A stretch of DNA of 64,000 nt, taken from assembly GCA_010093995.1 (NCBI GenBank), contig ML992510.1, forward strand, positions 385,504-449,503, read 5' to 3'. This stretch comes from Elsinoe ampelina. Taxonomy: Eukaryota. The notes below the pieces were generated by a model. That model was given only the letters and a program-made list of their open reading frames with translations, did no database searches and had not been told where the DNA came from. Of the stretch, positions 49,790 through 64,000 are shown one piece after another. Position 1 is the stretch's first letter. Every line of letters starts with the position of its first letter. The position numbers were made by a program, and so were the translations under genes.

Positions 49790-50861
49790 AGAGTTACAAT
49801 AACTAATTTATCTACTATACGTACGCTAACTTATTAGTGCTAGTTCTTTAGTACTAGAGAAGCTATACTAGCTTTCTATTATAATACTCCCTCTCTAGTA
49901 TAGATTATTAAAGCTAGAGAACTATTCTATTATATATAAGTAAAGTAATTAGCTTATCACTTTATCTCTTTATAATTGCTTATAATTGTTAGTATTAGCT
50001 AATTATTAGTAAGAATTTACTATTAGTTTAGCTTATAATTACTAGCAACAATAGTAACTATTAATAATAGCTAGGCAGCTATTATTTATATAAATAGACT
50101 AGCTTATAAGTCTTAATTAAAGAGATATAAGTATCTAACTAGCCTCTTTATAATTTTTTCTTTCTTTATTATACTTATAGTAGTAGCCTTTTCTTTTATA
50201 TAATACTTTTACCTTCTTACTATACTATATTAATAATACTTATAATATAAGTACTATAGTATAGTAATAGCTAGGCATTAGTAGTATTACTACTAGTACT
50301 AGTGCTCTAAGTAGTCTACTAGGTAGTAGAGGTAGTAGTAAGAAGAGAAATTCTCTATCTAGGTTACCTAGTACTTCTAATATTAATTATAATACTACTA
50401 TAAGACTAATTATATATCTTAATACTTTTAGTAAGTAGCTATAAAGCATTAATAGTATAAGCTAACATTAATAGCTTAATTAACTTAGACTTTAACTTAA
50501 TAGTTAGCTAACATAATCTAGAATACTCTCCTTAGGCTTAGGATAATTAGTTATTATAACTATACTAACTTATATTCTATCTAGAGGTCTATAGTAGTCT
50601 AGGCCTTTAGTACCTATAGTATATACCTAGTAGTTACTAATCCTATTCTAGTTAAGGATCTAACTAAGTAAGTTAACCTTACTAGATCTACTAACTACTC
50701 TACTACTTTAATAGCTTCTAGTACTACTAGTAGAGTAGTCTACTATAGTACTAATTACTATACTAAGTATTAGGGATCTAACTCTAGTAATAATTAGAGC
50801 AAGAGTAAAGGTAGTAAGTTTAGTAAGTATATTACTTTACCTAGTTAGCTTAATAAGGCCT
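49790..50861. repeat. RIP-degenerate repeat of unresolved class (host sequence for the C2 insertion)
   Basis: Abrupt switch to TpA-rich, CpA/TpG-poor composition. A + strand stretch near 50300-50380 de-RIPs to a Gly/Pro/Ser-rich peptide, but no diagnostic domain was recognised. Confidence 0.5.
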
Positions 50862-52745
50862 TATTACAAACTAGTAGAATAGCTAGAGCGTAGGAACGTT
50901 AGGACTAATTAAACTACTAAGGTTATTATATAACCTAGCTCGACGTTTACTCGATTCTCTATCTTTTCTAGTAGCTCTACCCTAGAGACTATAGAGTATA
51001 TAGGTTACTAGTAGACGTATACTCTATGTTACTCTCGACTCTTACTATAGAGTATATAGAGTACATAGAGTATATAGTAAAGAATATATATATATAGGAA
51101 CAGTTCTTACCTTATGTAAGTACTATAGTTAACCTTGTCTAGATAGTAAACACTAGTATTACTAAGGCTAGCCTTTATAATACTATCTAATTATACTTTA
51201 TTATCTATAAGATATACCTTCTCTAACTCTTACCTTAGTACTATACTACTATAGAAGTAGAACTACCTCGTTCTTAGCTTAGCTTAGACTACTAGCATAG
51301 GCTATATTTAGATAGTTCGTAACATTTTAACTACTCTTACTATAGTATAGCACACTACGAGGTTAATAAGTAACTCTTGCTCTAAGTTACTATTAGTATC
51401 TTCAATTACTAGCAAGCTAAAAAAGCTTACTATTAATAACATATCTACTACTAGTTTAACCTCTAGTAAATATAGAAGGTCTCTTAGTATAGGAGAAGGA
51501 TAAAGTAGACCTAAGTTAGAAGTAAAACTCTTCTATAGAGACTACGCCTACTTAAGGCGCTTCCTTGTTTAACTTAAAGCCTTCTTTGCTCTAGAGAGAA
51601 ATAAGTACGCTAACGACATAGTAAAAGTCCTCTATGCTAGGATATACCTTAAAGGCGCTACTATTACGAACCGTCTAAACATAGCCTACGTTAGTAGTCT
51701 AAGCTAAGCTAAGAACGAGGTAGTTCTACTTCTATAGTAGTATAGTACTAAGGTAAGAGTTAGAGAAGATATATCTTATAGATAATAAAGTACAATTAGA
51801 TAGTATTATAAAGGCTAGCCTTAGTAATACTAGTGTTCGCTATCTAGACGAGGTTAACTATAGTACTTATATAAGGTAAGGACTATTCCTATATATATAT
51901 ATTCTTTACTATATACTCTATATACTCTATGTGCTTTATAGTAGAGCTACTAGAGAAGATAGAGTATACGTCTACTAGTAATCCTACGTGCTCTATAGTT
52001 TCTAGAGTAGAGCTACTAGAGAAGATAGAGAACTAGGTAAATGTTAGGCTAGGTTACGTAATAACCTTAGTAGTTTAATTAGTCCTAATATCCCTACGCT
52101 CTAGCTTATTCTACTAGTTTGTAATATTACTCTTCTTCTTTAATTAAGTTGTTCTAACGAGTAAGTATTCTTCTCTATCTTTATATGCTATATACTAAAC
52201 ATGCCTCCTAGTTGTTAAAGGCATAGTAAATCTAGTATATTTATACAAAAGAATCTCTCGAAGTTTATTAAACTATTTAGAACTAATATACTATAGGCTT
52301 ATTCTTGTTATAAATCGAAGAGGCTAGACTATAAGGTCTATATTTAGTTAGGTATCTATAGCTAGTATATCGTAAGTAACTACTTAGGTTATAATATTTA
52401 GGTAACAAAATTAAAATAGTAGCGTCTCTAGTCTAAGTATATTTATTTACGAAAGGAATTAGTTATAGCTAAGGCTACTTAGAAAGGAAGCTAAAGAAGC
52501 TTATAAAAAGGTAAAAGAGGCTTATTAAAGAGCTATAGGTAATAAGCTTCGCCTACGTAAAGTAATATAGAAACTAAAGAATAAGACAAAGAAAGTAATT
52601 TCCCTAGAGGAAACCTATATTTAAGTTCTAGAGTAAGAGGAAATACTATCGTTAGTAGATCCTATTCTACTATAGGACTAGTAATTATTTATACCTAACT
52701 CTAATTAGAGTTCCTTATTTAGTAACAATTAGAGTACTTCTATTA

Positions 52746-53210
52746 NNNNNNNNNNNNNNNNNNNNNNNNNNNNNNNNNNNNNNNNNNNNNNNNNNNNNNN
52801 NNNNNNNNNNNNNNNNNNNNNNNNNNNNNNNNNNNNNNNNNNNNNNNNNNNNNNNNNNNNNNNNNNNNNNNNNNNNNNNNNNNNNNNNNNNNNNNNNNNN
52901 NNNNNNNNNNNNNNNNNNNNNNNNNNNNNNNNNNNNNNNNNNNNNNNNNNNNNNNNNNNNNNNNNNNNNNNNNNNNNNNNNNNNNNNNNNNNNNNNNNNN
53001 NNNNNNNNNNNNNNNNNNNNNNNNNNNNNNNNNNNNNNNNNNNNNNNNNNNNNNNNNNNNNNNNNNNNNNNNNNNNNNNNNNNNNNNNNNNNNNNNNNNN
53101 NNNNNNNNNNNNNNNNNNNNNNNNNNNNNNNNNNNNNNNNNNNNNNNNNNNNNNNNNNNNNNNNNNNNNNNNNNNNNNNNNNNNNNNNNNNNNNNNNNNN
53201 NNNNNNNNNN
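52746..53210. other. Assembly gap (N run)
   Basis: Run of N. Confidence 1.
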
Positions 53211-56200
53211 TAATATAAATACTATATCGTAGTATAGCTAGGTATATAGTTTCTTAATGTTAGCTACTAGTATATTAGTATCCTTAGATATTAGCTTAAT
53301 TCTAAGTGTGTTATAGTATAGATCTAGGTATATTCTATAGTTTATATAGAATAGTAAAACTCTATTTACTAACTTTCTATTATTAATAGTAAGCTCTATA
53401 AGTAGTAATAGTGTTACCTATAAGTCTTACTTATAGTTTAGGTAGTAGTATAGATACTACTCTAGTACTTAATTTGCCTATTTAGTTTATCTATCTATTT
53501 ATAGGTAAAAGGAGATTAATAGCTTATGTTTAACTCCTAGTAGATCTATAAATAATTACTAGAATTATAATGTAAATAGCTTATCTCTATTAGTTATTAG
53601 GTCTTATAGTACTCTATATTATAAAACAATTATTCGGAGGAAGATAAAGACTATATCCTTAGTAGTTACTATTGTCTTATATAGTATAAAATAGTAATAC
53701 TTTGTAAATCTATCTACTAGGACTAGAATACTATTATACTTTACACCTATAAGAGGTTCTTCTAATAGTAGTAGAGGTCCTATAAAGTCTATTATAACTA
53801 ATTACTATAGTTTGTCTAGTAGTAGCAAGAGTTATAGTAGGCTATATAGTTTATGTCGAGAGTGTTTAGACTTATAGCATATATTATATATAGTAATATA
53901 TATCTTAATATCGTTTTAGAGTTCTTTCTAGAGGTAGTTTTATGTAATAAGTTTAATAGTCTTATTAATCCCGCTATGTCCTATAGTTAGGTTATTATAG
54001 TGTATTTAAATAACTTCTTTTTTCTATTCTTATATAAGCTTCTAGGTAAGGCTATATAACTACTCTACCTTCGGGTACTTATATACTAAAGCGCTATTCT
54101 ACTACTTTAGTATAGAGGCCTCTATTATTATTATATTTTTTAAGTAATTCGGCTAGTAGCTAAGAGCGTCTACTCCGCTGTTCTTTAATTCCTTAACATA
54201 GTAAATCTAGAAGTTATAGCTTATAAGTGTTTCTAACTATCGAACCTATTATCTATTAAGAACCTTAGTTGTTATCTAATATAGAAGGTTCTTATAGTTA
54301 GTATAGACTTATATAGGTAAGGTTATTTCTTCTAGGTATACTCTCTATTTGCGGAATGCTTTTATAATTAGCCTTTATAATTATAAGTAATTCTTTATTA
54401 TATATATCGTAGTTAAGTTTAGGTCTAGTTATTTTTCGTAAGTAATATATAATTAGGTAGCGTTATTCTTCTATATTCTTCTATACTAGATACACTTCTA
54501 TCGTAAAGTCCGAGGCATCTATTTCTAGTAGTACTTATTAGTCTAGGTCGAAGAGTGCTAGGATAGGTACTATTATAAGTCTAAGCTTTAGCTCCTTAAA
54601 GGCCTACCTATATCTCTTATTAAAGATAAAGCTAGTTTCCTTTTTCGTAAGGTTAGATATTAGTATAGCTACCTTAGAGAATTCTTTAACAAACTTATAG
54701 TAGTAGTTAAAGAACTCTAGTAGCGCTTAAACCTCCTTAACTGTCGTAGGTTCTAGCTAGTTATTTACTAAATTAATCTTCCTTAGATTAGGTCTAATAC
54801 TATTAGTAGATATAATATAGCTTAGAAATTATATCTTATACTTATAGAACTTATACTTAGAGAGTTTTACTAGTAGGTCTTTCTCTTTTAGTTTCTATAG
54901 CACTTTATAAATATGTCTTATATATTTGTTATATATCTTTAAGAAAATAATAATATTGTCTAAATATACTAAGATAAAGTTATTAAGGTATTTTTATAGA
55001 GTATTATTAATTAACTCTTAGAAGGTTATAGGAGCGTTAGTTAACCTAAAGAGCATAACGAGGTACTTATATAAACTCTATTATATCCTAAAAGCCGTTT
55101 TCTACTCCTTACTCTCCTTTATTTATACTTAATAATAGACGTCCCTAATGTTAATTACGGTAAACTATTTAGCTCTAAGTAGTTAGTCTTAAAGTTTATT
55201 AATTCTTAGTAGGGGATAGTAATTCTTCCTAGTAAGTATATTAAGTTTCTAGTAATTAATATATATTTATAACATCCTATCCTTTTTTAGTGTAAAAAGC
55301 ACTCTATATGTAATAGGTAATCTTAATAGTTATATAAATCCTTTAAGTAAGTACTTATCGATATAGTTCTTAAGGATATTCTTTTTATATTTTAATAGTA
55401 GTATAAGACCTTAATAGTATATCGGGGATTTACTCTCTTTAAAAGGTATTTTATAATTCTATAGTTTATGTTAGAGTAAGGCTATAATGTCTTTCCTTTC
55501 TTTAAATAAGTCCTTAAAGTCTTTATATTCCGGCGGAAGTACTTAATTACTTACGCTAGCGATAGCTCTAACTATTAGTTATACCTATACTATCCTTATA
55601 GTTAGTATTCGTAGAGCTAATTATACTTCCTATGTCCTATAATTACACTTAGGGAATTTAAGTGTTTCTTTAATCTAGTCTATGTCTAGATTATATTATT
55701 AAAGCTAGTCTATACTAAGTACTATATTATACTATATATTAACTATATTAATTAATTGTTTTTCTATATATATCTTAATTCTAATTATAACATTTTGTAG
55801 TTCTTAAGTAACTTTCTTATTCTTCTCTATAGAGGTTCTATCCGCTATAGTAAGTAGATAAGGTAACTCCTTCTAATATTAATAAGGTTTAAGCTAGTTA
55901 GTAACTATTATAGAGATATAGCTACAGTTAGCCCCTAAATCTATTATTGCTCTTACCTTATTTCTCTATATCTAGACTTCTAGTATAAAGTAATTTAATA
56001 TATAGATCTTTATTATGTTAAGGCTTTAGCTAGTATTATTGTCTTATCTTATTAGGCGACAACTAGCTAGTTTTTTATTATTATAGCTCCTTAGATAAGT
56101 AGCTAATCCCTTTCTACGCGTATCTACTATTAGTACTATATCTATTAGGTAAGTTATGTTTTGTCGTTGCTTAATATAGTAAGGTAAACTTCTAGTGCTT

Positions 56201-57188
56201 ATGTTCCTTAATAACTATAAAGTCTAATAATTCTCTACTAGTTACACTAAGTAGTGTTATATACTTATATTAGTATAACTATTCTCTCTAGGTATAGCTA
56301 GGTATTAGCATCAAAGACGAAAGTAGGTTAAGTAGATTTATCTTATTATATTCTATTCTAGTAATAGATGTATATTATTATATAGTTTCTCTATATCTCT
56401 ATAAGGTATACTTTAAGTCGTCTACCCGGTAGTAGTACGTTATTATTATTATTAGATAAATCGTTATTTGTATTGTTATATTATAGTTGTTTAGCGTATT
56501 CTTTATTATATTTCTCTTTATTACTGCTATCTCTAGTATAGTTATAGTTAGTAAGGCTACACTAAGTATATTCCCGTACTTAGCTATAGGGAATAGTACT
56601 ATCTATTTTAATTACCGAGAAGTCTATAGTGTATTTAAGACTAATAGTCTCTTCTCTAAGTATATTATATAAGTAAATAGTATAGTACTATTTATAATCT
56701 AGATTTGTACATTTCTAGAGCGATATATAATATACCTTTCCTTATAGTTTACTATAAGAGCTAAAGGTAAAGCTACTATATTATTATATAGTACTTATGT
56801 CCTAATACTTCGTCTCGATAATTGTATATTAGTAATTATTACTAACTACCTTCTAAGGTTAGTTAATGTTACTACTAATTATAGAAAGCCTTTCTAGGTT
56901 AGGTTCCTAGTCTAGCTATTTCGTTAGTTGCCTATACTTAGATAGCTTATGTAGAAACTAACTAGATCCCTACTTGTCTAATAAGTAAATATAATAAAAG
57001 TTATTATAATATACTATCTATAATAGCGTTATATATTAGCTTTGTTATTTACTATTAGTTATAGAGATATTAAGTATAATATCTAGAGAGAATTCTATTA
57101 CCTCTTAAGTCGTTATAGACTTCTTCTATATTTCCTTATCTACGCTAAAGGTCGTTAGGTCTTCTATAGTAGTATTAGCCTTTTTCTC

Positions 57189-58168
57189 NNNNNNNNNNNN
57201 NNNNNNNNNNNNNNNNNNNNNNNNNNNNNNNNNNNNNNNNNNNNNNNNNNNNNNNNNNNNNNNNNNNNNNNNNNNNNNNNNNNNNNNNNNNNNNNNNNNN
57301 NNNNNNNNNNNNNNNNNNNNNNNNNNNNNNNNNNNNNNNNNNNNNNNNNNNNNNNNNNNNNNNNNNNNNNNNNNNNNNNNNNNNNNNNNNNNNNNNNNNN
57401 NNNNNNNNNNNNNNNNNNNNNNNNNNNNNNNNNNNNNNNNNNNNNNNNNNNNNNNNNNNNNNNNNNNNNNNNNNNNNNNNNNNNNNNNNNNNNNNNNNNN
57501 NNNNNNNNNNNNNNNNNNNNNNNNNNNNNNNNNNNNNNNNNNNNNNNNNNNNNNNNNNNNNNNNNNNNNNNNNNNNNNNNNNNNNNNNNNNNNNNNNNNN
57601 NNNNNNNNNNNNNNNNNNNNNNNNNNNNNNNNNNNNNNNNNNNNNNNNNNNNNNNNNNNNNNNNNNNNNNNNNNNNNNNNNNNNNNNNNNNNNNNNNNNN
57701 NNNNNNNNNNNNNNNNNNNNNNNNNNNNNNNNNNNNNNNNNNNNNNNNNNNNNNNNNNNNNNNNNNNNNNNNNNNNNNNNNNNNNNNNNNNNNNNNNNNN
57801 NNNNNNNNNNNNNNNNNNNNNNNNNNNNNNNNNNNNNNNNNNNNNNNNNNNNNNNNNNNNNNNNNNNNNNNNNNNNNNNNNNNNNNNNNNNNNNNNNNNN
57901 NNNNNNNNNNNNNNNNNNNNNNNNNNNNNNNNNNNNNNNNNNNNNNNNNNNNNNNNNNNNNNNNNNNNNNNNNNNNNNNNNNNNNNNNNNNNNNNNNNNN
58001 NNNNNNNNNNNNNNNNNNNNNNNNNNNNNNNNNNNNNNNNNNNNNNNNNNNNNNNNNNNNNNNNNNNNNNNNNNNNNNNNNNNNNNNNNNNNNNNNNNNN
58101 NNNNNNNNNNNNNNNNNNNNNNNNNNNNNNNNNNNNNNNNNNNNNNNNNNNNNNNNNNNNNNNNNNNN
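57189..58168. other. Assembly gap (N run)
   Basis: Run of N. Confidence 1.
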
Positions 58169-61100
58169 AGGTAGTTCTACTTCTATAGTAGTATAGCACT
58201 AAGGTAAGAGTTAGAGAAGGTATATCTTATAGATAATAAAGTACAATTAGATAGTATTATAAAGGCTAGCCTTAGCAATACTAGTGTTTACTATCTAGAC
58301 AAGGTTAACTATAGTACTTATATAAGGTAAGGACTATTCCTATATATATATATTCTTTACTATGTACTTTATATACTCTACGTGCTCCGTAGTAGAGCTA
58401 CTAGAGAAGATAAAGTATACGTCTACTAGTAATTCTATACGCTCTATAGTTTCTAGAGTAGAGCTACTAGAGAAGATAGAGAACTAAGTAAATATCGAGC
58501 TAAGTTACGTAATAACCTTAGTAGTTTAATTAGTCCTAACGTCCCTATGCTCTAGCTTGTCCTACTAGTTCGTAATAGCTACCTTCGAGTAGTTTAAGCC
58601 TTATATAAGTAGCTACCTAGATAGATAACTAAGCCTAGATATAAAGGCTATCTTTAAGAGCTTTAATATCTTTTAGGCAAAGATTAAGTAAGTCTTTAAT
58701 ATATCTAATAAGAAATATATTACTATAATAAAGATCTAATAACTATAATAACGTAGGTCTATAGCCTAGTACTATTCCTAGTTCTAATAACTTATAATAT
58801 ACCTAGACTAGAATAATAGTACTAAACATTTAGTATTCTACTAAGGACTAAGTAACTTAGTTAAAGACTAAATAATACTCGAGCTACCTAATAGCCTCTA
58901 GAAGCTAGTAGACCCTATAATTACTATTAATAATAGACTCTATAAACGACATATAGAGCGTTATAGAGGATATAAGGCAAATACTAAGTATATACGTTTC
59001 TCTCGAAACTATAGAGACTCTATAGAACTTAACGCTATACGCGAAGGTTACCTCTTATAGGTATAAGGCTAAGGCTATAGAGGAAAGTTCCTTAGTAGAA
59101 AAGAGAGAGAGAAGTATAGATAAGACAATCTATGTTTTAAATATAAAAGACCTAGATATTAAGCTAGGGACTACTAATAAGGGGTACTAGCTAATAGATT
59201 ATATATAATAGTTGCCGGGCTAGTAGAAAAAAAGGCTAATACTACTATAGAAGACCTAATAACCTTTAGCGTAGGTAAGGAAATATAGAAGGAATCTATA
59301 ATAACTTAAGAAGTAATAGAACTCTCTCTAGATATTATACTTAATATCTCTATAACTAATAGTAAATAATAAAGCTATTACATAACGCTATTATAGATAG
59401 CATATTATAACAACTCTTATTATATTTACTTATTAGATAAGTAAAGATCTAGTTAGTTCCTATATAAGCTATCTAAGCGTAGGTAACTAACGAAATAGCT
59501 AGACTAGGAACCTAACTTAGAAGGGCTCTCTATAATTAGTAGTAACATTAACTAACCTTAGAAGGTAGTTAGTAATAATTACTAATATACGATTATCGAA
59601 ACGAAGTATTAGGACGTAAGTGCTATATAATAATATAGTAGTCTTACCTTTAGCTCTTATAGTAAACCGTAAGGAAAGGCATATTATATATCGCTCTAGA
59701 AATATATAAATCTAAATTATAAATAGTACTATACTATCTACTTATATAATATACTTAGAGAAGATACTATTAGTCTTAAATACACTATAGACTTCTTAGT
59801 AATCGAAATAGATAGTACTATTCCCTATAGCTAAGTAAGGGAATATACTTAGTATAGCCTTACTAATTATAACTATACTAGGGGTAGTAGCGATAAAGAG
59901 GAATATAATAAGGAATATACTAAATAATAGTAGTATAATAACATAGATAAGAACTTATTCGACAATAACGATATACTACTACTAGGTAGACAACTTAAAG
60001 TATACCTTATAGGGATATAGAGAAATTATATAATAATATATATCTACTACTAGAATAGGACACGACAAGATAAATCTATATAACTTACTTTTGTCTTTAA
60101 TACTAATACCTAGCTATACCTAGAAGAAATAGTTATACTAATATAGGTATACGATACTACTTAGTGTAACTAATAGAGAATTATTAGACTTTATAGTCAT
60201 TAAGGAACTTAAGCACTAGAAGTCTACCTTACTATATTAAACAATAATAAGATATAACTAGCCTAATAGATATAGTACTAATAGTAGATATACGTAGGAA
60301 AGGATTAGCTACTTATCTAAGGAGCTATAATAACAAAAAACTAGCTAGTTATTACCTAATAAGGTAAGATAATAACACTAGCTAAAGCCTTAATATAATA
60401 AAGATCTATATGTTAAATTACTTTATACTAGAAGTCTAGATATAAGGAAATAAGGTAAGAGCAATAATAGATTTAGAAGCGAACTATAGCTACGTCTCTA
60501 TAACAGTTACTAATTAGCTTAAACCTTATTAATATTAGAAGGAGTTACCTTACCTACTTACTATAGTAGATAGAACTTCTATAGGGAAGAATAGGAAAGT
60601 TACTTAGGAACTATAAAATATTATAATCTAAATCGAAACACACATAGAAAAACAATTAATTAATATAGTTAATATATAGTATAATATAGTACTTAGTATA
60701 GACTAGCTTTAATAACATAATCTAGACATAGACTAGACTAAAGAAACACTTAAATTCCCTAAGTATAATTATAAAACATAAAAAGTATAATTAGCTCTAT
60801 AGATACTAACTATAAGAATAGTATAGGTATAACTAATAGTTAGAGCTATTACTAGCGTAAGTAATTAAGCACTTCCGCTGGAATATAAAGACTTTAAGGA
60901 TTTATTTAAAGAAAGGAAAGATATTATAGCCTTACTCTAACATAAACTATAGAATTATAAAATACTTTTTAAAGAGAGTAAATCCCTAATATACTATTAA
61001 GGTCTTATACTACTATTAAAATAAAAGAAGAACGTCCTTAAGAACTATATTAACAAGTATCTACTTAAAGGATTTATATAACTATTAAAATTACCTATTA

Positions 61101-64000
61101 TGCACGAAGTGCTTTTTATACCTAAAAAGGATAGAATATTATAAATATATATTAATTACTAGAAACTTAATACACTTACTAGAAAGAATTACTATTCTCT
61201 ACTAAGGATTAACAAACTTTAAGACTAACTACTTAGAGCTAAATAGTTTACTATAATTAACATTAGGAATACCTATTATTAAGTATAAATAAAGGAGGGT
61301 AAGGAGTAGAAAATAGCTTTTAGGACGTAATAAAGTCTATATAAATACCTTATTATACCCTTTAGGTTAACTAATACTTCTATAACCTTCTAAGAGTTAA
61401 TTAATAACACTCTATAAAAATACTTTAATAACTTTATCTTAGTATATTTAGATAATATTATTATTTTCTTAAAGATATATAATAAACATATAAGACATAT
61501 TTATAAAGTGCTATAGAAACTAAAAGAAAAAGACCTACTAGTAAAGCTCTTTAAGTATAAGTTTTATAAATATAAGATACAATTTCTAAGCTATATTATA
61601 TCTACTAATAGTATTAGACCTAATCTAAAGAAGATTAAGTTAGTAAATAACTAGCCGGAACCTACTATAGTTAAGGAGGTTTAAGCACTACTAGGATTCT
61701 TTAACTACTACTATAAGTTTATTAAGAGATTCTCTAAGGTAGCTATACTAATATTTAACCTTATAAAAAAGAAAACTAGCTTTATCTTTAATAAGAGATA
61801 TAAGTAAGCCTTTAAGGAGCTAAAGCTTAGGCTTATAATAGTACCTATCCTAGTACTCTTCGACCTAGACTAATAAGCACTACTAGAGATAGATACCTTA
61901 GACTTTATAATAGAAGCGTATCTAGCGTAGAAAGACACGGAAGAATAATACTACTTAATTATATACTACTTACGAAAAATAACTAGACCTAAACTTAACT
62001 ATAATATATATAACAAGGAATTACTTATAATTATAGAAGCGTTCTACAAATAGAAAGTATATCTAGAAGGGATAACCTTACTAGTATAAGTCTATATCGA
62101 CTATAAGAACCTTCTATATTAGACAACAACTAAGGTTCTTAATAGATAATAGATTTAATAGTTAGAAACACTTATAAGCTATAACTTCTAGATCTACTAT
62201 ATTAAGGGATTAGAGAATAGCAAAGTAGATGCTCTTAGCTACTAGCTAGATTACTTAAAGAATATAACAATTATAGAGGCCTCTATACTAAAGTAGTAAG
62301 ATAGCGCTCTAGTCTATAAGTACCCGAAGGTAGAGTAGTTATATAGCCTTACCTAGGAGCTTACGTAAGAATAGAAATAAGAAGTTATTTAAATATACTA
62401 TAATAACCTAACGGCGGGGTATAGTAGGATTAATAAGACTATTAAACTTATTATATAAAACTACCTATAGAAAGGACTTTAAAATAATGTTAAAACGTAT
62501 ATTACTATATACGATATATACTATAAGTCTAAGCACTTACGACATAAGCTATATAGGCTATTATAACTCTTACTACTACTAGATAAACTATAGTAATTAG
62601 TTACGATAGACTTTATAGAACCTCTACTACTATTAGAAGAACCTCTTATAGGTATAAAGTATAATAGTATTCTAGTTCTAGTAGATAGATTTACGAAGTA
62701 TTACTACTTTATACTATATAAGACAATAGTAACTACTAAGGATATAGCCTTTATCTTTTTCTAAATAATTGTTTTATAATATAGAGTACTATAAGACCTA
62801 ATAATTAATAGAGATAAGCTATTTATATTATAATTCTAGTAATTATTTATAGAACTACTAGAAGTTAAATATAAGCTATTAACTTCCTTTTATCTATAAA
62901 TAGATAGATAAACTAAATAGGTAAATTAAGTACTAGAATAGTACCTACGCTACTACCTAAACTATAAGTAAGACTTATAGGTAATACTATTACTACTCGC
63001 GGAGCTTACTATTAATAATAGAAAGTTAGCTAATAGAATTTTACTATTTTATATAAACTATAGAATATACCTAGATCTATACTATAACATACTTAGAATT
63101 AAGCTAATATCTAAGGATACTAATATACTAGTAGCTAACATTAAGAAACTATATACCTAGCTATACTACGATATAGTATTTATATTATAAAGAATAGTAG
63201 AGTTTACTAACTAGAAGAGAATTATAGGACTAATTCTATAGGAGAGAGAGAAAGTTTACCTCCTTAGTAGAAATATTAAAATAAAACAACTAAGTAAGAA
63301 ACTTAACTATACTAAACTAGAACTCTTTAAGATCCTAGAAAAGAAAAATAAGAACGTATATAAACTAGAACTACTAAGATATATAAGGATCTATCTAGTC
63401 TTTTATATATTACTACTAGAGAAAGCACTATAGAATACTATACCTAGACCTATTAAACTAAATAAAGAAACATAGGAGCTATAGTATAAGATCGAAAGGG
63501 TTTTATATTATAAATCTATAAGAGGAAAGCGTTACTATCTTATCTACTAGAAAGGACATTAGTATAGTAAAGTAATATAGGAACTAGAGAAACACCTTAC
63601 CTTATAAACAATCTTAGATTACTAGACTAAAAACCTATTCTAAGTAAACTAACTAGGTAGGCCTAATACTACTAATACTAAATAAAAACGAGAATGCCTA
63701 AGGAAGACTACTTAGCTAATAGAAGTACTCTAATTGTTACTAAATAAGGAACTCTAATTAGAGTTAGGTATAAATAATTACTAGTCCTATAGTAGAATAG
63801 GATCTACTAACAATAGTATTTCCTTCTACTTTAAGACTTAAATATAAGTCTTCTCTAGAAAGATTACTTTCTTTACCTTATTCTTTAACTTTTATATCTC
63901 TTTACATATGCGAAGCTTATTACCTATAGCTCTTTAATAAGCCTCTTTTACCTTTTTATAAGCTTCTTTAGCTTCTCTTCTAGTAGCCTTAGCTATAACT

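Larger units (their letters stand above)
51662..58577 (-). mobile_element. Family C copy 3 (C3), inserted antisense into the gag of C2; contains two assembly gaps
   Basis: 3' LTR 51662-52126; 5' LTR ends at 58577 (partly in gap). TSD gctac (51657-51661 / 58578-58582). Internal sequence is the reverse complement of C1. Confidence 0.88.
50862..64000 (+). mobile_element. Family C copy 2 (C2): 5' LTR 50862-51324, gag start to 51661, resumes at 58578, runs off the window end
   Basis: Colinear with C1 (LTR, gag, protease, RT, RNase H, integrase, chromodomain, part of the antisense ORF). Interrupted by C3 with TSD gctac. Confidence 0.9.

Noticed and set aside
56487..56672. 61-aa hydrophobic ORF
   Set aside because: Chance open frame in RIP-mutated antisense gag sequence of C3.
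57126..58199. 357-aa ORF
   Set aside because: Artefact of translating an N gap.

Overview
Filamentous-ascomycete (probably Dothideomycete) genomic DNA with a strongly bipartite structure. Two AT-rich, TpA-saturated blocks (1-~23540 and ~49790-64000) are made of nested, RIP-destroyed LTR retrotransposons: three Ty3/Gypsy chromovirus-type families (A, B, C) plus a probable Ty1/Copia remnant, with LTR pairs and 5-bp target-site duplications still readable. Between them is a ~26 kb gene island: a cupredoxin-like membrane protein, SMC1, GPC1/DUF2838, DPH6, an aldo-keto reductase, MRI1, a small two-exon coiled-coil gene missed by the ORF track, PAN1, an MFS transporter, a PTH11-like membrane protein, a GNAT, an N-terminally truncated P450 and a tRNA-Glu(TTC). 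The most striking feature is that tRNA gene: besides a normal 15-nt 37/38 intron it carries a 53-nt GTATGT...TAG insert with spliceosomal-intron hallmarks in the anticodon stem, and removing it restores a perfect cloverleaf. Second, families B and C each carry an extra antisense gene between chromodomain and 3' LTR that, after reversing RIP, encodes a Zn(II)2Cys6-like cluster; the B version has three GT-AG introns. Both families also contain a copy inserted head-to-head into a member of the same family. All product calls are by motif recognition only; no database searches were run.
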